DNA of 64,000 nt from an uncultured Alphaproteobacteria bacterium (GTDB taxonomy: Bacteria > Pseudomonadota > Alphaproteobacteria > Methylaequorales > Methylaequoraceae): the NCBI GenBank assembly GCA_902563305.1, contig CACEWP010000001.1, positions 143,886 to 207,885 on the forward strand. The letters run 5' to 3'. Below, piece by piece: positions 57,484 to 64,000 of the stretch. The position numbers and the translations under genes were made by a program. Below the pieces are notes generated by a model, which was not told the origin of the DNA, did not search any database, and was given only the letters and a program-made list of their open reading frames with translations. The first letter of the stretch is position 1. Every line of letters begins with the position of its first letter.

Positions 57484-57966
57484 TTAACCATCATAAGGCA
57501 ATGAAGAGTGATGCAAATTAATTCTTAACTCGTTATTCTTAATTTTAATAAAACCAAATGTATATTCAACTTTAAGAGATTTATTTTTATCATCTATAAA
57601 ATGATAATTTCCCATTGAGATTAGATAATTGTTAAATTCAATAATTTTATAATTTTCAAAATTTATTGATTTCCAATTTTTTATTGCAAAACCTTTATCT
57701 TCCTTACATACTTTATTTTGGCCAAGAAAATATGATATGAATTCCTCTTTTGTTGATCTAAATTGATCATATTTGGCCAGCGTTGGTTTAAATAAAACTT
57801 TGCAGTGATCAAATGCATAGATATTGTGTAAAAGATCAAAAACTAAATTATCTAAATTTACTCCTTTTTTAAATTCTTTTCCTATTTCAAGAATTTTATT
57901 AGCCCATTTTTTCTGAGTAGTATTTACTAAATTCTCTATTTCTTTACTTATCATTAATCCTCTCAA
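57484..57966 (-). CDS. hypothetical protein, possibly NTF2/SnoaL-like fold
   Basis: 160 aa. The only support is a loose resemblance (W...I..........F.P......R.....YF...  ...Y.F.......L.I..HHSSLPY) to DUF4440/SnoaL-like proteins. Confidence 0.35.
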   Translation of the reverse strand: MRGLMISKEIENLVNTTQKKWANKILEIGKEFKKGVNLDNLVFDLLHNIYAFDHCKVLFKPTLAKYDQFRSTKEEFISYFLGQNKVCKEDKGFAIKNWKSINFENYKIIEFNNYLISMGNYHFIDDKNKSLKVEYTFGFIKIKNNELRINLHHSSLPYDG

Positions 57967-58029
57967 ATTTAATTATTAGCTATAAATTTTTTTTTAAAAA
58001 GTTTAAAACCATAAATTAGATTTTCATTT

Positions 58030-58059
58030 AAACTCATGATATTATTAAATCATGAGTTT
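58030..58059. repeat. perfect 11-bp inverted repeat spanning the start codon of the CIA30-like gene
   Basis: aaactcatgat (58030-58040), an 8-nt spacer attattaa, then atcatgagttt (58049-58059). The ATG at 58052-58054 lies inside the right arm. Confidence 0.9.
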
Positions 58060-58594
58060 TCGTTTAGTAATTATAATTATTTTTATATTTGTTAATAAAA
58101 TAAATGCAATGGACATACTGCAGAAAAATAATTTAGAAAATTTTTCACAAAAATGGGATTTTATTTCAGACGAGGTTATGGGTGGTTTATCTACAGGAAA
58201 ATTTGAGTTAATTAAAGATGCTGAAAAAGATTTCATAAGATTAACTGGAGTTGTAAGTACAAAAAATAACGGAGGATTTATTCAATTTCGCTCAGACTTT
58301 GATTTTACAAATCAAAGTTTCAGAGGGATTAGAGTTAAAGCCAGAGGATACCCGAGTGAATATTACATTCATATTAGGACAACATTTCTTTTAATGCCAT
58401 GGCAATATTATTCAGGAGAATTTAGTGTTTCAGAGGATTGGCAGGTATTTGAGATTTTATTCGATGACTTTAAAAAATCAAATTTTTATCAACCTTCAAA
58501 GTTTGGTTCTTCTGAGATAAAAAGTATAGGCTTTGTTGCATTTGGAAAAGATTTTGAACCAAAATTAGACATAATTGAAGCGGAGTTATTCTAG
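58052..58594 (+). CDS. CIA30 (complex I intermediate-associated protein 30) family protein
   Basis: 180 aa with a signal-like N-terminus. WDFISDEVMGGLSTG...NNGGFIQFR...IGFVAFGK is the typical CIA30 domain pattern. Confidence 0.75.
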   Translation: MSFRLVIIIIFIFVNKINAMDILQKNNLENFSQKWDFISDEVMGGLSTGKFELIKDAEKDFIRLTGVVSTKNNGGFIQFRSDFDFTNQSFRGIRVKARGYPSEYYIHIRTTFLLMPWQYYSGEFSVSEDWQVFEILFDDFKKSNFYQPSKFGSSEIKSIGFVAFGKDFEPKLDIIEAELF

Positions 58595-58886
58595 GATAGT
58601 GAAAAAGTCTAATAGACCAGAAACACGTGTAAAAAATAAAGAGCCAGAAATCTCAGATCCAGATTGGATAATTTGGGCGGCTTGGGCAGATAGGATAACC
58701 TTTGAGGAGATTTATGAAAAAACAGGTCAAAAGGAAGCCGATGTAATCAAATTAATGAGAGGAACATTAAAGGCCAGAAGTTTTAAGATTTGGAGAGAAA
58801 GAGTGAATAAGAAGTCCATTAAAAATAGAAAAAAATTTGAAGCTAAAAGAAAGGAACTAAAAGTTAAGCAATCAGATATTTTTTAA
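58575..58886 (+). CDS. TIGR03643/DUF2805 family protein
   Basis: 103 aa from the TTG at 58575; an alternative in-frame GTG at 58599 lies 5 nt after the CIA30 stop. Carries DWIIWAAWADRITFEEIYEKTGQKEADVIKLMR...FKIWRERV. Confidence 0.7.
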   Translation: MKRSYSRIVKKSNRPETRVKNKEPEISDPDWIIWAAWADRITFEEIYEKTGQKEADVIKLMRGTLKARSFKIWRERVNKKSIKNRKKFEAKRKELKVKQSDIF

Positions 58887-59324
58887 GTAAGATATAGCAT
58901 TTCTTTTTGCTTCTGCTTTTTCTTTTCCAGTAAGATGGAATAGTCCCGTTAACTTTGACATGATGGAATCTTCAAAATCATCAATCTTATTATCTACTAA
59001 TATTATTTGCCACAAGTATTCGAAGATTATAAGGATTTCGTTTTTTGAAAAGTTTTCCCTGATATCTTTTGTTAATGAATATAATTCGACACTCTCTGAA
59101 GAAGATTTTAAGGATTCATTGAAACAGCTTTCCGCTTCTTGGCTGGTTAAATGAAGTTTTTGAACTAATATATTTTTTATTAGATTGAGCTCTTTCTGGT
59201 CGAATGAATCATCACTATTAGCGCATTCGATCATGAGTGATGAAACTAATCCAGCTTTATCTAAATTTGATAACTCATCAAATGAAGGTTTTTCATCTTT
59301 TAACTTTTTAAAAATTGAAATCAT
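58872..59324 (-). CDS. TerB-like (tellurite resistance TerB / DjlA N-terminal-like) protein
   Basis: 150 aa. Two helical repeats with the acidic pattern ECANSDDSFDQKELNLI... and WQIILVDNKIDDFEDSIMSKL. Confidence 0.6.
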   Translation of the reverse strand: MISIFKKLKDEKPSFDELSNLDKAGLVSSLMIECANSDDSFDQKELNLIKNILVQKLHLTSQEAESCFNESLKSSSESVELYSLTKDIRENFSKNEILIIFEYLWQIILVDNKIDDFEDSIMSKLTGLFHLTGKEKAEAKRNAISYLKNI

Positions 59325-59352
59325 ATTAAATAAATTATTATGCAGGGATTAA

Positions 59353-59380
59353 TTGACAAGGTTTTTTTACAAAATAATAT
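59353..59380 (+). promoter_or_regulatory. candidate sigma70-type promoter for the TonB-dependent receptor gene
   Basis: TTGACA (59353-59358), a 16-nt spacer, then TAATAT (59375-59380), about 33 nt upstream of the ATG at 59413. The motif match is the only support, and -10-like strings are common in this AT-rich DNA. Confidence 0.3.
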
Positions 59381-59412
59381 ATAACTTCAGATTTTTAATT
59401 TATAAGATCCAA

Positions 59413-61920
59413 ATGAAAAAAACATTTTTTATTTCTTTTTTTTTGATTCCAGTGTTAGCGTTTTCACAAGACAATGTTTATGTAGCACCTGATGTTAATA
59501 TTATATCCGTAACCCCAGTTCAGGGTTCAGGTTTAAGTATTGATAGAGTTCCAGGAAAAATTCAAACTCTTAGTAGAGACAAAATAGATAAAAAGAAAAA
59601 CTTTTCTATAACAGAGACTTTAAATAGAGAAACTACAGGTATATCTCTCTTCAATTTAAATAGTTCTCCAATGCAAAACGATATTAATTTTAGAGGGTAT
59701 GTAGGGGGGCCACTTTTAGGTACAGCCCAGTCTATTGCAGTTTATCAAAATGGTATGAGGATCAATGAATCATTTGGTGAGGTAGTTCAATGGGATTTAG
59801 TTCCAGATTTTGCAACTCATAGCATGCAGATTTTTACTGGCGGTGACCCTATTTTTGGACAAAATGCTTTAGGTGGGGCCATTACAATGGAAATGAAAAA
59901 TGGTTTTAATTTCCAAGGGGCAAGTGCTACTGCATCCGCCGGAACCTATGGAAGAAATAATGAAATTCTTGAATACGGAAAACAATTTGATAATGTTGGA
60001 ATATATTTTGGCGCAAATTTCAATTATGATGAGGGCTGGAGGGATGAATCTAAATCTTATTTAAATACAGTTTTTGGTGATGTCAGATATAGGCCAAATG
60101 ATGATACAGAACTCTTTATGAATTTTGGTCAAGCTTACACAGATTTGAGAGGTAATGGCGCTGTTCCTCTAACCCTAATGGATATGGAAGGTAGAGATGC
60201 AGTTTATACATATCCTGATGCTACTCATAATAAAAATTACTATGCAAATTTTGGCGGCAATCATTTCGTTAATAATAAATTATCTCTTCAAGGTAATATA
60301 TATTATCGTCATATGGAAAGAAGAAATTATAACGGTGACGAGTTTGAGGCAGGTGATTGTGGTTTAGGATACAACACAGATAGGGGTACAGCAGATAATA
60401 CTTTATGCTCTGAATTAGAGGTCACAGGCGGTTCTGATGAACAATATTTAGATTTGGCGGGTAACGCTATTGATTACGCATCATTGGGTTTAGAACGTGA
60501 TGATGATGAAAATGAGATTGAAGACATTGGAGCTATTAATAGATCCAATACAAAACAAAATCAGATGGGTTTAAATTTTCAATCGACTGCTGATCTGGAC
60601 CTATTTAATAAAAAAAACACACTTATTACAGGTCTTTCTTATGAATTTTCACACAATAGTTTTGCATCATCAACAGAACTTGGGATAATTCAAAATGATA
60701 GAGGAGTTCAAGGTACAGGTGTTCTTCTAAGTCAAGATTCAGAGGGCGAAAACATTTTTATAACTAATCTTGAGGCCACAACTCACAATGTAGCTTTATA
60801 TGGTAGTAACACAATTGATTTAGATGATATTACTTCATTAAATTTTTCTGGCAGATGGAACTGGGCATCATTAAAAATGGAAGATCAATATGGTACTGCA
60901 TTAGAGGGGCATCATTTTTTTAATGAATTTAATCCTGGGATTGGAATTACAAGAAATGTTGGAGACACTCCAGTGTTCGGAAACACCTCGATATACGCGA
61001 CTTATAAAGAATCTAGTCGTACGCCTTCAGTTGCCGAGCTAGGTTGTGCTGACCCAGATTCACCATGTAGATTACCTAATTCATTCCAAGCTGATCCTCC
61101 GTTGGATCAAGTTAAGAACAGAAGTATTGAGATGGGTGCAAGAGGGGTAAATGGTGATTATAATCTGTTTGGTATGAACCACACTATCAACTGGAACGCT
61201 ACTGCATTTGCTGGAAGAAATTTTAATGATATAATATTTATTGGAGGTAACAGAGTAGGAACGGGTTATTTCAGAAATGTAGGTAATACCCAAAGAATGG
61301 GAACTGAACTTGCTGTTAATGGACAATTAGGTGATAAATGGTCGTGGTATGGAAACTACTCTTATGTAAGAGCTTCGTTTGAAACCCACCAAAAAATAGC
61401 AAGTGCAGGGCACTCTGAAAATCCTCATGCCTGCTCAGGTTCTGGAGAGTATGGTGCAACAGGGGCTGGTGACACTAATGCTGAAAATGACCAAGAGTCT
61501 TGTGAGGCAAGAGAAGCTTACCAAATACAAGTAGGTCCCGGTGATACAATCCCTGGTGTTTCTCCTCATATTGGTAGAATAGGAGTTGGATACTCTTTTA
61601 ACAATGGCTTAAGCTTTTTCATTGATGGAGAGTACAATTCTCGTCAATTTTATAGAGGTGATGAGAATAATGCTGAGGGTAAGGAAGTTCCTGGATATTT
61701 TTTACTCAATGTGTCTGCTGAATATTCCGTTCCATATAAAAATGCTCCTGAAGGATTTGGTACTGTTTTCTTTCTTGAAAGCAGAAACCTATTTGATGAA
61801 AACTACGAAACTGGAGGTATTTTAGCTGAAAACGAAGTTGAGGGAACCGGGGGAAGTGGAACATTTGTAACACCTGGTCAACCATTTACTATATTCGGCG
61901 GTATGAGAATGGTTTGGTGA
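59413..61920 (+). CDS. TonB-dependent outer-membrane receptor
   Basis: 835 aa from the ATG at 59413 (MKKTFFISFFLIPVLAFSQ signal peptide). Has a plug domain (NFRGY...QSIAVYQNGMRINE, GGDPIFGQNALGGAI) and a beta-barrel with a terminal FGGMRMVW. Confidence 0.9.
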   Translation: MKKTFFISFFLIPVLAFSQDNVYVAPDVNIISVTPVQGSGLSIDRVPGKIQTLSRDKIDKKKNFSITETLNRETTGISLFNLNSSPMQNDINFRGYVGGPLLGTAQSIAVYQNGMRINESFGEVVQWDLVPDFATHSMQIFTGGDPIFGQNALGGAITMEMKNGFNFQGASATASAGTYGRNNEILEYGKQFDNVGIYFGANFNYDEGWRDESKSYLNTVFGDVRYRPNDDTELFMNFGQAYTDLRGNGAVPLTLMDMEGRDAVYTYPDATHNKNYYANFGGNHFVNNKLSLQGNIYYRHMERRNYNGDEFEAGDCGLGYNTDRGTADNTLCSELEVTGGSDEQYLDLAGNAIDYASLGLERDDDENEIEDIGAINRSNTKQNQMGLNFQSTADLDLFNKKNTLITGLSYEFSHNSFASSTELGIIQNDRGVQGTGVLLSQDSEGENIFITNLEATTHNVALYGSNTIDLDDITSLNFSGRWNWASLKMEDQYGTALEGHHFFNEFNPGIGITRNVGDTPVFGNTSIYATYKESSRTPSVAELGCADPDSPCRLPNSFQADPPLDQVKNRSIEMGARGVNGDYNLFGMNHTINWNATAFAGRNFNDIIFIGGNRVGTGYFRNVGNTQRMGTELAVNGQLGDKWSWYGNYSYVRASFETHQKIASAGHSENPHACSGSGEYGATGAGDTNAENDQESCEAREAYQIQVGPGDTIPGVSPHIGRIGVGYSFNNGLSFFIDGEYNSRQFYRGDENNAEGKEVPGYFLLNVSAEYSVPYKNAPEGFGTVFFLESRNLFDENYETGGILAENEVEGTGGSGTFVTPGQPFTIFGGMRMVW

Positions 61921-61961
61921 TTATAAACCTCTTAATATTAACTAGTAAATAATCATATAAA

Positions 61962-62357
61962 ATGAGTAATAAATTTAAATTATTATGTGTCATTGGATTG
62001 TTTGTTTATTTTTCTTTCCCAAGTAATGTTAAGCCAAACGATGAACACGATCTAGATGACATCAAACTTTACGACATTGTTAGAGTAGAGCAATGTCTAG
62101 ACCAAGCTTATGACACAGTGCCAGGTCACGCAAGAAAACTTGAATTTAAAATCGAAGGTCATGACCCAGTATATGAATTTGATATTGAATCCTCAAAAGA
62201 TGGTTTCACTTAAAACGTTGAGTGTAATGCAGAAGAAGGCTATATTATTGAAATTGAAAAAGAGGTTAACGAGAATGATCCACTTTTCAATGCTAATGCA
62301 AAGATTTCAATTGATCAAGCAAGAGTAACCCAGACTTTTAATTTAGTTTACGATTAA
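61962..62357 (+). pseudogene. PepSY-domain secreted protein interrupted by an in-frame TAA (62211-62213)
   Basis: The 83-aa ORF ends ...VPGHARKLEFKIEGHDPVYEFDIESSKDGFT*. The same frame continues NVECNAEEGYIIEIEKEVNENDPLFNANAKISIDQARVTQTFNLVYD* to the TAA at 62355-62357. Together the two parts form one canonical PepSY unit (..G.v..ve.e.....YE.di....g....v.v.a..G.i..ie.e). Confidence 0.6.
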
Positions 62358-62425
62358 TTAATACCTATAAACTAGCAGTGAATCTCTCTATTTTACAAAG
62401 CGTTTTAATTAAATAACAAGATCGA

Positions 62426-63841
62426 TCATCTTTCCAGCGGGACTAAATCAAACAGATGTTGGTTCATCCAAAGATGAACAACAACACAAGCTGCATATCC
62501 TAGTAAAATAGCCCAAGCCCATTTTAAATGTGCAAAGAAGGTATAAACTCCTCTTGCTTGGCCCATTAAAGCAACTCCTGCTGCAGAACCTATAGATAAT
62601 AAAGATCCACCAGTACCTGCAGTTAAAGTAATTAGCAACCATTGTCCCATATCCATTGAAGGATGGGCGGTTAGTACTGCATATACAATTGGAATATTAT
62701 CAATTATAGCTGAAAGGATACCAACCAAAATGTTAGAATTAGTGGGACCAAGTGTTTCATACATTGGACCAGAGATTAGTTGTAAATATCCTAGAGACGC
62801 GAGGCCACCAACTGCTACCAATATTCCATAGAAAAACAAAAGAGTGTCCCATTCTGCTCTACCAGTAATTACAAAGATATCAAATTTATTTTTATCAGGA
62901 TATCTTGTTTTTAGGAAGTAACCATAAGTTCCCAACATACCCAATCCAAACATCATTCCAAGAATTGGGGGCATGTGAAGTACATTGTGACCTGTAACAG
63001 TTAAAGTAATAGTTAAAATTCCCAAGAAAGCTATGACTTTACCTCCAGGAAGTATTTGTACTTTTTTTCCGTCACCTTTGGGCACTTCATTAGGAATAGC
63101 GAAGTACATAATAGCAGCCGGGACAACATAATTAACAACTGATGGAACAAAAATATTAAAGAAGTCAAAGAATGAAACAAATCCGCGTTGCCATACCATC
63201 AAAGTTGTAATATCACCAAATGGGGAGAATGCTCCACCAGCGTTTGCTGCAACAACAATATTTATAAGTCCAGGAACTATAAAAGCTTTATTACCTCTAC
63301 CAGCAACCATCACAACTGTTCCAAGAATCAAAGCAGTGGTTAGGTTATCGGCGATGGGAGAGAGGAAAAAAGCAATAACACCTGAAATTACAAATATTTT
63401 TTTATAACTAAAATTATTGTTAGATAACCATGAACATAATGCATCAAACATTCGTCTCTCAGTAAGAGAATTAACGTATGCCATAGCAACAAATAAGAAG
63501 AAAAATAGTTCAGCAAATTCTAAGACAACATGTCTAAACTGGGTTTCAGCCCATTTAGGAGAAATTGAAGGATCTTGTGAGGCAACATAAGCAATTACAA
63601 CCCAAATAATAGTAGCGGCTAAGATTACAGGTTTAGACTTTCGAAAGTGAGTAAATTCCTCAGCCATTACAAAACCATATGCAATGATAAATATTAATAT
63701 ACAAAAAATACCAACTGGGCTAAAGATCATATTAAGGGAAGTTGGACCTCCAGACTGATCTGCGGCCATAATGAGATCAGGAAAACAAAAAACTGTAGTA
63801 AAAGTTAATAATAAAGTGTTGAGTTTAGATAAAAATTTCAT
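62426..63841 (-). CDS. nhaD: NhaD-type Na+/H+ antiporter (ArsB/NhaD permease superfamily)
   Basis: 471 aa, polytopic, with a signal-like N-terminus. Carries SPIADNLTTALI and AGGAFSPFGDITTLMVW, blocks I recall as NhaD-typical. Confidence 0.7.
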   Translation of the reverse strand: MKFLSKLNTLLLTFTTVFCFPDLIMAADQSGGPTSLNMIFSPVGIFCILIFIIAYGFVMAEEFTHFRKSKPVILAATIIWVVIAYVASQDPSISPKWAETQFRHVVLEFAELFFFLFVAMAYVNSLTERRMFDALCSWLSNNNFSYKKIFVISGVIAFFLSPIADNLTTALILGTVVMVAGRGNKAFIVPGLINIVVAANAGGAFSPFGDITTLMVWQRGFVSFFDFFNIFVPSVVNYVVPAAIMYFAIPNEVPKGDGKKVQILPGGKVIAFLGILTITLTVTGHNVLHMPPILGMMFGLGMLGTYGYFLKTRYPDKNKFDIFVITGRAEWDTLLFFYGILVAVGGLASLGYLQLISGPMYETLGPTNSNILVGILSAIIDNIPIVYAVLTAHPSMDMGQWLLITLTAGTGGSLLSIGSAAGVALMGQARGVYTFFAHLKWAWAILLGYAACVVVHLWMNQHLFDLVPLER

Positions 63842-64000
63842 GAATCCCCTTTTTTTAATTGCTTTAGAAACACAAATATATAATTCTTAGAAAATAATGA
63901 CAAGTAAAACAAAACAAATAAAAAAAATTCCCATTTCTGTCTTTTTTAATAAGGACCAAATTCCAAATAAATATAAAACAATAAAGTTTAAAGAATATTC

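Noticed and set aside
62110-62328. 72-aa + strand ORF overlapping the PepSY locus in another frame, and the 62448-62642 ORF inside nhaD.
   Set aside because: These are out-of-frame by-products. The PepSY-like signal lies in the 61962 frame on both sides of the in-frame TAA. The nhaD frame carries the transporter motifs.
51175-63841. Considered calling the region after tRNA-Ser a mobile genomic island.
   Set aside because: No integrase, transposase or phage gene is present, and I found no direct repeat of the tRNA 3' end by eye. The gaatccc string at 63842 is only a 7-nt match. Gene packing is the same as in the core. It is reported only as a possible flexible-genome boundary.
63897-64000. 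Open + strand frame from the ATG at 63897 running off the window end (MTSKTKQIKKIPISVFFNKDQIPNKYKTIKFKEY...).
   Set aside because: It is probably the start of the next gene. Only 34 codons are visible and I recognise no family, so it is not listed as a feature.
1-64000. Scanned for CRISPR arrays, rRNA, tmRNA/RNase P-like long structured gaps, IS elements, toxin-antitoxin pairs and known defence-system hallmarks.
   Set aside because: No spaced direct-repeat arrays were seen. Apart from the 25871-26078 gap, which I call as the LapA-like mini-gene, no non-coding gap exceeds about 145 nt. No transposase, integrase, nuclease-helicase or TA-like gene pairs were recognised.

Overview
Composition and origin: the window is AT-rich (roughly 30% GC judged by eye, not computed) and extremely gene-dense. 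It holds about 80 genes in 64 kb. Most junctions are 1-40 nt overlaps or gaps under 20 nt, and three convergent gene pairs share overlapping stop codons. Gene content and order are alphaproteobacterial core synteny. The composition and packing fit a streamlined marine alphaproteobacterium of the SAR11/Pelagibacterales type; this is an inference, since no rRNA is present to confirm it.

Core blocks:
- polA.
- A permease-less regulatory PTS module (hprK-rapZ-EIIA(Man)-HPr::EI) running into ahcY.
- tsaE-amgK-murU-sbcB-trxA.
- folC-accD-trpABF-pyrF-ihfB-sppA-rpsA-cmk-aroA on the minus strand.
- hsp20-DUF1150.
- kdsD-lptCAB-hpf-ptsN, with no rpoN.
- LPS-core glycosyltransferases.
- thrS-infC-rpmI-rplT-pheST-lepA.
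- Three tRNAs: Arg-UCG, Ala-GGC and Ser-GGA.

Accessory-looking block: after tRNA-Ser (51.2 kb onward) the content changes character. It contains cobT-cobS-cobC, hypotheticals, MarR, a SelO operon, CIA30, TIGR03643, TerB, a TonB-dependent receptor, a PepSY gene with an in-frame stop, and NhaD.

Not found: rRNA, CRISPR, transposase, integrase, or recognisable defence genes. I did not find a convincing stand-alone novel multi-gene system.

Best second-look items:
- The HPr-Enzyme I fusion inside the regulatory PTS cluster.
- The clean loss of rpoN from the lpt-hpf-ptsN cluster.
- An ExoI-like gene where I recall addAB sitting in the conserved murU/trxA slot.
- A start-codon-less LapA-like mini-gene whose first TM helix is encoded by a 15-nt homopolymer, in frame with the ihfB stop.
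- A translationally coupled hydrolase plus three-small-ORF operon.
- The isolated cobTSC nucleotide-loop cluster.
- The interrupted PepSY gene beside a TonB-dependent receptor.

Limits: all calls come from reading translations and motifs by eye. No searches or computations were run.
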